A stretch of DNA of 63,702 nt, counting the filler, from Octopus bimaculoides (taxonomy: Eukaryota), in the NCBI RefSeq assembly GCF_001194135.2. It is 5 parts of 5 records of this genome, joined end to end, with 100 filler letters (N's around TTAATTAATTAA, not from the genome) between each part and the next. Parts side by side here need not be neighbours in the genome. Positions count along the whole stretch, not along the records: positions 1 to 10,902 come from NC_069002.1; positions 11,003 to 37,180 come from NC_068985.1; 3 more parts are not named here. One strand, written 5' to 3'. Below the pieces are notes generated by a model. It saw only the letters and a list, made by a program, of their open reading frames with translations, had not been told where the DNA came from and ran no database searches. This document shows positions 1 through 12,440 of the stretch, in pieces; within the stretch, counting starts at the first letter, position 1, and each line of letters opens with the position of its first letter. The position numbers were made by a program, and so were the translations under genes.

Positions 1-34
<34 letters not shown>

Positions 35-240
35 ATATATAAACTGATAGATAGATTGACAGATATATGTATGTGTTTATGAGTGTACATGTGAAACATA
101 TATATGTGTATACATGCATATTTATCTATATATGTATATATATAAATACATACTTACACACACACACGCTCACATACACACACACATATAAAAATGTATA
201 AACATAATATATACATGTACTTAGATAGATAGATAGATAA

Positions 241-278
<38 letters not shown>

Positions 279-671
279 GCGTGCATGAATTCCATACAAT
301 TTATTGTTATCGTATTTATTTCTCCTTGTCTGTTTATCCTTCTTCTTACAAAGTGAGTGTTTCTGAGAGGATATACAAAGCCAAAGAGAAAAACCAATAA
401 AATGTGAGAGTCAAGAGGGAATTGGTTACCACGCCATCTTTTGTGTATCTGCACAAAAAACAGTTTGTATTGAAAAAGTAAAAATTATAAGTACTCGTCG
501 TATATGTATTCTAACATATATGCGTACATACATACATATATACATACATACATACATATGTGTGTGTGTGTGTGTGTTTGTGTATACATAGTTTATATAT
601 GTGTATATATATATATATGTGTGTGTGTATGCGAGTATACAGACACAAAACAATAGCATGACAATATCATG

Positions 672-705
<34 letters not shown>

Positions 706-1521
706 ATATATATATATATATATATATACATTCTTTTATATAGAGAGAGAAAGAAACAGAGGAGGAATGAGAGAGTGAAAGAGTAAGAGAGAAAGAGAAA
801 GAGTAAGAGAGAAAGAGAAAGAGAGAGAAGCTTACATACAGACAGAGCTAACTACATACGTATATTTATGTATATGTATGTGTGCATCTACATGTATATG
901 TACCTATGTATGCATATGCGTGTGTGTGCGTGTGTGTATGTGTGTGTATGTGTGTGTATGTGTGTGTGTGTGTGTGTGTGCGTGTCTATCCGTGTATTCC
1001 TGGGTATGTATGAGCATGTGTATAATGTCGTTTGAAAGAACCTAAATGTAATCTATTAACCAGTCCGGAACTAGTTTGGCCGTCTCTATAAGACAAATAC
1101 AATCGAAATTGAATTGTTCAGACTAAACATTGTAGAGACGCTAACAATCAAGATCGACAGATACTACTCAGCGACTCAAATCACAAAGCGGTAGGCTTCT
1201 CTTAATGGACTCAGGATATCGAAGCGTTAAGGTGTGCGATCGCTTCTGCCGGAGTATAGAAATGTTGAATCAAGGTAAACAGACGAATCGGAAATACTTA
1301 CAACAGACGCAAGCATTGTGGGTAAGAAATTCGGTTTAGCAAACACGTGATTTCGCATTGCATCCAACCCAACCGAACTATTCCTTGGACTAGTGTTGTT
1401 CATTGTAGCCTTGCGTCGTACAATGCATTTCAGTGGAACTTGGAATTTGGTCGGAATTGTGTAGAACCCAGTCATACATATGTGTATGCGTGTGTATATA
1501 TACATATACATTTATATATAG

Positions 1522-1556
<35 letters not shown>

Positions 1557-1557
1557 C

Positions 1558-1629
<72 letters not shown>

Positions 1630-1671
1630 NNNNNNNNNNNNNNNNNNNNNNNNNNNNNNNNNNNNNNNNNN

Positions 1672-1725
<54 letters not shown>

Positions 1726-2000
1726 ATAATATACCCAATTACAGTGTGTGACCATCACAGTTATATGATATGCTCAAATCATCGCCATGGTAAAAGCTAA
1801 TATCGTGGGTTAGGAACTTAGATCTCAAAGTATCTAATATATTGAGAATTACAAAAACACAGTCCCCTGCACCGTTATACGATCCCTTCGATACATCAAA
1901 CAATTCAACGATATTGCATTTTAAAATTCATACAGAACCTTTACTGAATAGAAGGGATTTTCACGTATGTGTATGTATGTATGTATGTATGCATGTATAC

Positions 2001-2093
2001 ACGTCAAAGACTTTCTCTATTCTCGAGCGTTAAACTAATACATCCATTTGTTGTTTACACCACCTGTCTTCGTCTGTTGTTTTTTTCGTAAAT

Positions 2094-2100
<7 letters not shown>
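2001..2100 (+). mobile_element. Probable Penelope-like terminal-repeat (pLTR) fragment starting at the 3' half of a hammerhead motif
   Basis: Begins ACGTC-AAAG, which would complete the hammerhead half-motifs seen at 6938-6970 and 54508-54530; it is bounded by microsatellites. The family assignment is inferred. Confidence 0.4.
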
Positions 2101-2150
<50 letters not shown>

Positions 2151-2153
<3 letters not shown>

Positions 2154-2925
2154 TTCAATGCACTTGTTGTGGCGCTTCAGCCACTTCATAAAAGCCCCAT
2201 GTACATCATTAAAAGTTATGGTGTCCAGGACCCTTGTCCTAGCTTCCTTTATATCCTTCAGCTTGAGGAACGACCAAAAGTTGGAAGGAGCAAGTACTGA
2301 ATTGTAGTGGGTGGCTGAGGAAGAGTTTTGATGCCCATCTCTGTCAAATAGTTCGTTACCAGGATAGCACCAGACTGGTGCATTGTCCTAGTGAAGGTGT
2401 ACTTTGCGACGAAATTTCTTCCTGAACTTCCTCAAAGTAGTTTTGTTGACAGTCTGACCAGAGGGAACCCAGTGGATCTAGATGACGTACTTGTTGTCCA
2501 AAAATTGGTCATTATGTGCTTCCTGATGGACTTGCTTTGCCTGGCCTCTTGTGCCATTTAAAAACAGATTTCTTAACTCATACAAGTTAATCCATAATCA
2601 GTCTGGGGCACAAGTTTTTGTTGCGTTTTTGTTCAGTTATTGCTGAGCGAGTCTCAAAATTATCTTCACATCCCAGTTTCGTTCTGCAAACTAATCAGTT
2701 GTGACAAGCAGTGTTTAATAGGGTGTATTGAAAGTCCTGTTGCAGCGATAAAATGTTGGCAGGTCAGCTTATTAGATGTACAGTAATGATATTCTAACAT
2801 TACAATTATCTAGAACGGTTATAACTGCTTCCCATAAATGGAAGTCTCAAAACTTCTAGAATGCATCTGGTATTTGCCTTGGAGACTGGTTTATGAAGTT
2901 TGAAAGCGTCGCTCACTATGTTCTA
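2151..2925 (-). mobile_element. Mariner (Tc1/mariner) transposase pseudogene, C-terminal half
   Basis: Broken minus-strand frames give IHWVPSGQTVNK, RKKFRRK, H*DNAPV, LVTNYLTEMGIKTLPQPP, LAPSNFWSFLKLK and GAFMKWLKRHNKCIEA. These match mariner motifs QDNAPxH, HPPYSPDLAPSDF and the C-terminus. It has stops and frameshifts and its 3' end is cut by (TA)n. Confidence 0.9.
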
Positions 2926-3429
2926 CACACACAGATATCATCAGCATCATCACCATCATCATCATCATCATCAACATTCTCGCCTTTTTAAGTTTCTTTT
3001 GTGGAATTCTTTATAGGATGACACTCCTTTCAATTAATATTTTTTTTCCTAGTTTGCTACATGTGATGCATCTTAATATACTACAATGGCTTCTTGCTTT
3101 AAACGTACAGTAAACCGACGAGAAAGTCCGTACTTGTGAAACCGAAGTAGTTTTTAGAGTTAGAAATTGTACAACTTACACGTTTTCATTGAAACTTTTT
3201 AATCATATTTGCTACCTGAAGTATATTTTATGCTTGTAAATCTGTAGTTTTATTTTAAGAAGACGATTTTTCCTTCTTTAAATTGTTGTAATTATAAAAT
3301 ATATTCCAGCTATTAATATACGATTAGATGTCATATACACTTTATCGATTCAGAACATACTTCCGCCAGCCAATATAATATAAAATTTCTCATGTAAGCA
3401 TTAAAGTTTTAAAGTTCTTTCATTCAAAA

Positions 3430-3628
3430 TATTTGTCTCCCACCACCGCTTGATAACTAGTTCTGGTGTGTCTACGTCATGTAACTTAGCGGTTCGGCAT
3501 AAGAAACCGATAGAGTAGGTACCAGGTTTTAAAGAAAATAAGTACAGGGGTCGATACATTCGACTAAAATTTCAAGGCGGTGTCCCAGCATGGCCGCAGT
3601 CAAATGACTGAAATATGTAAAAGATAAA
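3430..3628 (+). mobile_element. SINE 3' half, family B, with a CR1-like tail
   Basis: Ends GGCGGTGTCCCAGCATGGCCGCAG..GACTGAAA..AAAAGATAAA. Reverse-complement copies lie at 12078-12275, 37480-37680, 40222-40370 and 42055-42235. Confidence 0.75.
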
Positions 3629-3743
3629 GGTGTGTATATATGTACAGATCTATATGATGAGCTTCTTTCAGTTTCCGTCTACNNNNNNNNNNCTGAAATA
3701 TGTAAAAGATAAAGGTGTGTATATATGTACAGATCTATATGAT

Positions 3744-3900
3744 GAGCTTCTTTCAGTTTCCGTCTACCAAATCCACTCACAAGGCTTTGGTCGGCCCGAG
3801 GCTTTAGTAGAAGACGCTTGCTCAAGGTGCAATTCAGTGGGACTGAACCCAGAGCTATGTGGTTGGGAAGTACGCTTCCTAGCACACAAAGCTACGCCTG
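3744..3900 (-). mobile_element. tRNA-derived SINE, family A
   Basis: Reverse complement of the full copy at 36917-37080, including the tail GTAGACGGAAACTGAAAGAAGC. Confidence 0.85.
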
Positions 3901-3909
3901 TATGTATAT

Positions 3910-3950
<41 letters not shown>

Positions 3951-4064
3951 GTGTATGCGTATATGTAGATAAATGTATAACGTATTTGCGTATATGTAAA
4001 TATGTGCGTGTGTGTGTGCGCACGTGTCTCTGTGTGTGTATGCATGTGTGTATTTCTGTGTGTT

Positions 4065-4114
<50 letters not shown>

Positions 4115-5119
4115 GGGAATTAAAAGATTGGAAAGAAACATATGGAAGGAAAGAGGTGGAGGAGAATGATAACTTTTCGTGCAAAACATTCGAAATTGCT
4201 ATTTCATTATTTTTCAAACTCTATTTCAAGTATTGTTTAAGTGAATCTGATCAATTTTTGTGTTCGTTCAGTGAATGTCTAACTGGGAACGTTATGTCTC
4301 ACATCACCCTCCATTATATCTCCGTCTAACATTAATATATCTGTCGGCCACGATCAATAATTAGTTAAATAAAGGCAATATTATCAGCTCTAATGTTAAA
4401 ACTGTGTATCGAGAATTTATATTCACAGCGTAATTGTTGAAGTAACCGTTCATTACATATCATTCTACAATTCAATGATTCTAGCTCCAGGTCTATTCTA
4501 ATATTTGTCTCTGCTATGTTGTATTACACTCCTCTATTCAGCTATTCATGTATTAAAATTACAATTTACCAGTGCATCTGGTAGTTTTATTTGCCCTACC
4601 GTAATTCTGCCAGTCTATTTGTCTGTTTGTCTGGGGAAATGAGTGTTTGTGTGGGAGTGGGAAAGTTTTCTTTGAATGTGTGTGTGTTCATCTTAGTACT
4701 TCAATGTATTTGTATATCTGTGTGTCAGTGTGTACGTCAGTGTGTGTGTGAGTGAGTGCCTGCGTGTGTATGTATATTCATCTTAGTATTTCTATGTATT
4801 TGCACATCTGTGTGTCAGTGTGTGTGTGTGTGTGTCTGTGTGTCTGTGTGTCAGTGTGTGTTTGTAAGTAAGAAGAGAAAGTGACCAAGAGAAACATATA
4901 AATCGGCTATTTTTCTTCTTTATTTTTGCTTCATGCTCTATAAGCACATCGGTTCCTTCTTGGACGGTTCCAATACCATGTCAGTTTGTTTGTCTTTCTA
5001 TGGAGAATTGTTTATTAACCCCTGACTCCTCTTTAATTTCAGAAGAAAGGACCACTGTGCGCACTCTTTCGCTATATTTTTCATAGACCGTTGTAAAAGA
5101 GAGAGAGGGGGGGAGAAGG

Positions 5120-5248
5120 AGAAGAAGAAGAAGAAGAAGAAGAAGAAGAAGAAGAAGAAGAAGAAGAAGAAGAAGAAGAAGAAGAAGAAGAAGAAGAAGA
5201 AGAAGAAGAAGAAGAAGAAGAAGAAGAAGAAGAAGAAGAAGAAGAAGA
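5120..5248. repeat. (AAG)n microsatellite
   Basis: Long pure GAA run; it is the source of the spurious poly-L and poly-S ORFs. Confidence 0.98.
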
Positions 5249-5324
5249 GGTATATGGAACTGAATGATTATATGCAATTGTGTAGTTACACATTTAACTC
5301 TGCATGTTTTGGGATCTGTAGTAT

Positions 5325-5376
5325 CACAGCTCTCGATCCCTTAGGTCTCGTGGACCCTACATTGGGAACCACTGTT
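5325..5376. mobile_element. hAT (Charlie-type) terminal fragment
   Basis: TTGGGAACCACTG is the reverse complement of CAGTGGTTCCCAA, a typical hAT TIR start. No partner end is seen. Confidence 0.4.
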
Positions 5377-6169
5377 CTATAACTTTTTCCAAAGAATGCG
5401 AGCATTCTCAGTGATGGCCAGTGGATTTTCATAATCAGTGGACAAATTGCCTCATAATGTTTAGTTAAGTCTTTCATCCTTTGTAACCTAGATTTAAATC
5501 CCGTTAACTTTGGGGGCACATTCATCGGAGGTTCAACAAACTAAATACCAGTTATATACATAACTTTGATAGACTTGATTGAATCGTTTGTCTTATAATC
5601 TAACTTAGAAATCGATATCCCATATTTCACAAAAGCATCTTCTGTTCCTATATAGAAACAATTATTCTTCCTCAGAGCAAACTGGCATCATACCAACACG
5701 ATAATAACGGTGTAGTTAATTATTCTGAGAAATTGATGGAAAAGTTTTCATCGTCGTAATGAAATTGAGACTTTGTTATGACCTGGACAGTCTGTAAAGC
5801 TGAACAACCATTGATAAGTTATAGCAGACCAGCAAATAAGATCTGAAAAGTAGCAAGGAATCATTATTTGCAGGCGTTCAGGATGAAAGGTAGAATTTAC
5901 AGACGCCATTGTTATAAAAGATGGCTGGTAACATAATAAATAAGGTTTGAACTACAAGTTAAACCGATGAAAGAGTTATTGATTATTAAATATTTTTCTT
6001 ATAAATAAAACATAAATTCTGTTGATTCAAAAATCTGTATTTAGTAAGTGATTGGGTTTGGAAAGAGTTAAACATTTAAAAAAACAAAACATGATGTTTT
6101 ACATACACACACACACACACACATATGGAGGTTCAATAAAGTAAATATATACATACATATATATATATG

Positions 6170-6218
<49 letters not shown>

Positions 6219-6937
6219 CATCATGTTCTTTTTTTTTAAATGTTTAGCTCTTTTCAAACCCAATCACTTACTAAATACACATATGGAGGTTCAATAAAGT
6301 AAATATATACATACGCATATATATATGTATGTGTGTGTATGTGTGTGTGTATGTGTGCGTGCGTGTGTATGTCATGTGTGTGAGCGTTTGTGTGTATGAC
6401 ATCAAATAGCATCCGATTGTGGGGTTTTGGTTTAGGAGTCCCAGAGTTTCTTTATAATGGAGCCACCTTTAGCCACTATTATTCCCAAGTCTACTCCGAC
6501 TCAGTATAGTTACATCAACCAAAGCTCCAGCTCTGGTTTAAGCAGCATGTTAATAAAGGCCATCGGGTGTGAGGGGGCCTCCTAGCTTTTCACAGAGCAT
6601 CCGTCAAAGATACGGACACTCTACTGTAAAAACTGCGATTTCAAGCGATTACTGATCATCTGGCTTCGGTCTGTCCCTAGTTACTAATCGGAAAAATTCA
6701 GAGAGTGGTGTTTGTGTTATATAAGCGTTTCTCACTTATAATCCAAGCGGGATAGATGTCTCTTTAAGGTTATCTCATTTGTCGTTTGTCATTCTATCTA
6801 CTGAAAATTGTACAGCGATAGAAGAGTGCTGACGTGTGCAAACCTAACCAGTTGAAAACGCACAGTTACAAACTTGAACTGAATAGTCATCTGAGAAATC
6901 AGGGAGGGAAAGTTTAAGATGGAGAAGAGCGAGTGTA

Positions 6938-6970
6938 TAACGTTTCGAGCGTCACTCTTCGTCAGAAAGA
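6938..6970 (-). ncRNA. Minimal Penelope-type hammerhead ribozyme motif, degenerate
   Basis: Minus strand reads CTTT-CTGACGA-A-GAGT-GAC-GCTC-GAAA-CG-TT. Both core boxes, stem II and a palindromic ACGT stem III are present; stem I pairing is lost. Confidence 0.55.
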
Positions 6971-7522
6971 GGCGAAAGGAAGGTCCGGAGAGAAGGGAAA
7001 AGCCCAAGAAAAGCACGTGTGTGGTTACATGCATATATATANNNNNNNNNNNNNNNNNNNNNNNNNNNNNNNNNNNNNNNNNNNNNNNNNNNNNNNNNNN
7101 NNNNNNNNNNNNNNNNNNNNNNNNNNNNNNNNNNNNNNNNNNNNNNNNNNNNNNNNNNNNNNNNNNNNNNNNNNNNNNNNNNNNNNNNNNNNNNNNNNNN
7201 NNNNNNNNNNNNNNNNNNNNNNNNNNNNNNNNNNNNNNNNNNNNNNNNNNNNNNNNNNNNNNNNNNNNNNNNNNNNNNNNNNNNNNNNNNNNNNNNNNNN
7301 NNNNNNNNNNNNNNNNNNNNNNNNNNNNNNNNNNNNNNNNNNNNNNNNNNNNNNNNNNNNNNNNNNNNNNNNNNNNNNNNNNNNNNNNNNNNNNNNNNNN
7401 NNNNNNNNNNNNNNNNNNNNNNNNNNNNNNNNNNNNNNNNNNNNNNNNNNNNNNNNNNNNNNNNNNNNNNNNNNNNNNNNNNNNNNNNNNNNNNNNNNNN
7501 NNNNNNNNNNNNNNNNNNNNNN

Positions 7523-7554
<32 letters not shown>

Positions 7555-8507
7555 GTAAGTGAAATGATGTAACAGATTCCTAAGTTATAAAGTGTTGAAA
7601 ATATTTATAATTCAGTTTCTTGTAGAAGAGTAACACAGCACAACACGCCGACTCTTACTCTCTCTTTCCCTCTCTCTAGCTCTATCTCTATCTATCTATC
7701 TATCTATCTATCTATCCATCCATCTATCTATCTATCTATCTATATCTTGTTCAAAGCCTTTTAAAGGAATTTTTACTCGAAATATCAGGACTAATTAAAT
7801 ATTTCTGAAGTAATTTCCCAATAACTTATTTATTTATTTAATGTTTCCTTTTGCATTGCTTTTTTCCTTCTTTAACACTGATTTTCTACATATTCCGAAA
7901 CGCTTCAAGCAAACTCCGACACTTTTCTAATGTAATGCATTTCACAGGAGGTTGATGGTGATAATTATTTGCGTAATGATATTTATATCAGTATTTGTCA
8001 AAAGGTTTCACATATGTAGATCAATGATTCGTGTCCAAGGTCAGGTAAGTGAATAGCGACGGAACAAATATGGCGGTATAACAGATATCATATCGGTTAT
8101 CTAACTTAACGTTTCTATGCGTAATGTAAAGTGCAAGAGGGATAAAAGAGTATTGAAATTTGCTTGAAGCATTGTAATGTGTAAATGGTATAAATGTATT
8201 AAAAAATATTTGAGCAATGTAGGTGAGGAGTTAGGCAAAATATACATTGATGTATATAAATAAAGACAGGGAGGAGATATTGTGTGGTTTTCAAAGGAAA
8301 AAGATTATAGATTAAAAGAGCTGATGATAAGTAGGCCGCCAGAGAGGAAAAAAAAATGATCGTAAACGTGTTGAGTGGTGAACTCGAATATTGGTGCTAA
8401 AAGTAAATTATGTTGGTAGTCTTATGAAATATTTCGATGTATGAAGTAAAAAACGAGAGAAATATTGACAGAGTCTTTTTGGCTGGGTTCAAATAGACTT
8501 TCTGTAT

Positions 8508-8543
<36 letters not shown>

Positions 8544-8767
8544 NNNNNNNNNNNNNNNNNNNNNNNNNNNNNNNNNNNNNNNNNNNNNNNNNNNNNNNNN
8601 NNNNNNNNNNNNNNNNNNNNNNNNNNNNNNNNNNNNNNNNNNNNNNNNNNNNNNNNNNNNNNNNNNNNNNNNNNNNNNNNNNNNNNNNNNNNNNNNNNNN
8701 NNNNNNNNNNNNNNNNNNNNNNNNNNNNNNNNNNNNNNNNNNNNNNNNNNNNNNNNNNNNNNNNNNN

Positions 8768-8810
<43 letters not shown>

Positions 8811-11439
8811 ATAATTTTTTAGTATAATGGTAAAATAAAGTAAAAGTAGTTGTTTCAGTACAAAAAGGTGATATAATATAGATTATCAGCTTTAGAAGAA
8901 CGTATGATTTGCCAAATAAAAAGTGATCGAGTTCAAACTGATAATCAGTTATCACTTTAGTACAAAAGTAACATAAATAAGATACCAAGTGCAGTACTTA
9001 CTGTTGGAATAGATATGTAATATATTAAATAAAATAGTTTCAGTTGATAGAGTTAAATGGAATAAGAATTTTATAAGAAAATTACTGATTCTTTGGAACC
9101 TACAGATGCTAGGCGTTTTTGCCTTACATTAGATTTCTACCGGTTAAGGTAGATTCAAGATTTGAAATCGAGATATGTTTGATGTCTTCTTTGGGCAAGA
9201 TGAAATACATCAGAAAAGACACTTTAACAAAAAGAATTTCCAATTTCTCTGCTGCACATATTTGGTCGATCTTTTTTCCTTTGCAAGCTTGGCTAAAGAG
9301 TGTATCTTATTACGTTGTCAGACATTAATTCGTTCATTTGTTTTTCATTTTAATTCTTTTAATTCTTTCCGCTGTTATTAATAACACGAAAAATACTTTT
9401 ATTGTAGAGTTTAATGTGAGGTTTTGTGTCTCTAGTCTTCCTTTCCAACTTATTTTCATCCTTTTTGAAATTTGAATAAATTTTAGCTCCTTTCAGACAT
9501 TTGACGATTAAGTGCTACTTAGAAAAAAAAACGAATGGATTTATCTGGCAACCGAATACATTCTAACGTTGGAGCTGATGATTTTAAGTTTTCATTTCCA
9601 AATGAGGGCCGAAAGTGACATATTGTTTCTATTCTGATGTCAAAAGGAGTAGAAATGCTGGTTAAGTCGTAATTTGAATGGGTTTGTAGTAAGGCCTGTG
9701 CTGGAACAAAATGTCTTCAACTTTACTCTAGCATAACTTTAAATAATAATTTTGAATAATTTAAATATTTAAAATATCTCTAAATTTACTCAAAAGTCTC
9801 ATCCAATATTATTGTATATATATAAAACTTTATATTCGCATTCTATTTGGTCATAACTAAATTTTATCATCATTACTTCTGTTCTCTTAGGTATCACTTT
9901 TGATATCAATTTTTCTCTTATATAATCGTTATTTCATTTCATCCAACTTACAAAACAATCCTATGACAAATGACCTATCATTTTAACGTTTGAAAACCAA
10001 CTAATAGACATCGCTCATTTTACCTTATGTACATCTAAATACTCTATTACATAACCAACGCAATACGTACCGTATCTCCACATATATCCCTCTACTTTTC
10101 ATTTTTTTAAGCTTCATCTCAAAACAAGTCTCCATAAATGTAAAATGTTTTGACAAGTATACTAATAATCACCCAAAATATTTTGAATAATAATATAAAC
10201 ATCATTACACCACTAATGACTGTCACAGTTTTCTTCTGTATTATACATAACAGTGTACTTCCCACACTTTATATGGTAGTAGACACATCTATCGTTATAA
10301 TCTTAAATATCCTGCAATACATAACAGAATGTATTTGTCACCCCAAAATATACTTCATTGTGTAATAGTTTTATCATCTTAATAAGTTTCTTCTTCAGCG
10401 TTATCTCGTCGACGTCAATAAAATGTTCTTTGGATCTGTTCCGACATTTTCCTTAGCATAAAAAAAACTTGTGTGTGTGTATATATATATATATATATAC
10501 ATACATACACGCAGGTCACACACATACATACATGTAACTATATATATGTGTATGTATGTATTTATATATATGTATGTATATGTATACATATTTACAATGG
10601 ACATTTACACATTTTTCCAACTTACCCTTCTGAGAAATATCCACTCTTTTGTTATGATACCATGATAGAGGGCGCTCTATACATATAAACATCGATAATA
10701 CATTAGAAAGCAATCACCTCGTTTAGTTTGTCTTAAAGTATCTCCATCAGTTGATTCTGTTTAGTTTGACCGATTAAAATTCATATTTCTTTCATTCTAC
10801 TCAACGACTTAACTGTTCACTCGAATGCACATTCCTAAATAGATACAAAGTTACATTCACTTCTTAGTTTGCTTGTCGTAAAGATTGGCAATAACATTCA
10901 TANNNNNNNNNNNNNNNNNNNNNNNNNNNNNNNNNNNNNNNNNNNNTTAATTAATTAANNNNNNNNNNNNNNNNNNNNNNNNNNNNNNNNNNNNNNNNNN
11001 NNACCCAGGCAGTGGTCAAGCAAATAATGGTCGTTTTGTATTGAAAGAATTCTGAAGGGGCTTTATTTTTAGACTGGGGTCCAACGGTCGAATCTATTCA
11101 ACCATGTTTTAAGTCTTTAGCAACATCAATTACAAAGAACTTGGGAGTGTGACAGGCAGAAACTGGGTGGGAGCTGTCTTCAATAATTCAAGTAATGCTA
11201 TATGTTCAAAATTAACCATACAAGCTGGTTTTGTTGTTGTTATTGTTACTGCTACTGTTGTTATTGTCACTTACTTTTTTGTATTTTGACGCTACTTGCC
11301 TTCAGAACTCCCTAGGGAATTTTATGCTAGCTTCATCGCTTTTATTTATTTATACATATATTTTTTTCTTTGTTTTGAAATGAGATCAAACTTCAGCATT
11401 TTATACCGATAGATTTTAGACACTTTTTTTCTGCAACTG

Positions 11440-11538
11440 GTAAGATTATGTAGGGAGTGCAAATTTTGATCTTGCACCTCCTGAAAATTCTAGGGGGTGC
11501 GGGTGAACCCGCTGCACCCCCTGTTCCCGGGCACTTGA
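11440..11538. mobile_element. Possible hAT-type terminal fragment
   Basis: GC-rich island ending GTTCCCGGGCACTTG, whose reverse complement CAAGTGCCCGGGAAC resembles CAGGGCCG-type hAT termini. Confidence 0.35.
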
Positions 11539-12077
11539 CTACTAGTATCATCCAGATGTCTTACAGTTAACAAGGCACCTTCTACGTTGTTACTTCTAGC
11601 ATGAAATAGCTGCCTAATTTCTCTCAGATCACACTCTAGTATCTTAAAATTGTGTAAGAGTACATTGAATGTTGTAATACGAAGTTCACAATCCTGAAAA
11701 CTGAGGAGGGAATTCTTTTGACCAAATGTCCACCTTATCAGAACTGGCCTCGAGCTATATTCAAACAGCAGCAACAACCTAGTTATCATAAAATGAAACA
11801 AAGTATTTTGAAATAATTATTACTGGAAGTTCTTTCGCTGAGTTGAAATATAATAAAATAGGGCCTACCTTGTATAAATTACAAAGCAAGAAACAGGTAT
11901 TTTGGTATCAATTAATTTCACCTTTTGTACCGTAGCACTTAAGGATCGTCAGCCAAGCTTACTGTATTCATCTATTTTTCAAAATAGAAAATCGGATAAT
12001 AAATATGTAAATGCGTGTATGTAAATGCATACATACATATGTATGTATGCACATGTATATGTGTGTATATTTATATC

Positions 12078-12275
12078 TTTTATCTTTTACTTGTTTCAAT
12101 CATTTGACTGCGATGATGTAGGGACACCGTCTTCAATTAGAACAAATCGACCCAACGCTAATTTTATTCAAAGCCTGGTACTTATTCTAAGGGTCTTTTC
12201 TTGCCGAACCGCTACGTTACGGGGTCGTAAACAAACCGACACAGGCTGTCAAGCGGTAATGGAGTCAAGCACAAA
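12078..12275 (-). mobile_element. SINE family B fragment
   Basis: Reverse-complement similarity to 3430-3628. Confidence 0.65.
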
Positions 12276-12310
12276 GGCATGCACATATAGATATATACAT
12301 TTATATAAGA

Positions 12311-12440
12311 CGGGATTCTTTCAGTTTCTGTCTACTAAATCCATTCACAAGGCTTTGATTGTCGGGGGCTAATGTAGAAGACATGTGCCACGCAGTGGGA
12401 CTGAATACAGAACCGTCTGATTTGAAAGCAAACTTCTTTT
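12311..12440 (-). mobile_element. SINE family A
   Basis: Contains TTCTTTCAGTTTCTGTCTACTAAATCCATTCACAAGGCTTTG..CAGTGGGACTGAA, as in the other family A copies. Confidence 0.8.

Noticed and set aside
1238-1250. ATCGCTTCT, matching the U2 snRNA 5' end
   Set aside because: The similarity ends after 9 nt.
3608-3766. Exact duplication of about 75 bp either side of a 10-N gap
   Set aside because: Identical copies flanking a minimal gap indicate unmerged contig overlap.
6600-6780. Possible GIY-YIG C-terminal remnant (AITDHLA..FLTYNPSGID) on the plus strand
   Set aside because: Too degenerate, needs several frameshifts, and lies opposite in orientation to the neighbouring hammerhead motif.
8800-10460. 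Hydrophobic minus-strand reading frames (for example VISGVMMFILLFKIFWVIISILV) suggesting a receptor pseudogene or NUMT
   Set aside because: Frequent stops in both the standard and mitochondrial codes and no recognisable motif; hydrophobic runs are expected from AT-rich DNA.
10903-11002. TTAATTAATTAA centred in N runs (also 37181-37280, 54817-54916, 61492-61591)
   Set aside because: Each is exactly 44 N + 12 nt + 44 N = 100 bp, and the 12-mer has stops in all six frames. This is an artificial scaffolding spacer, not biology.
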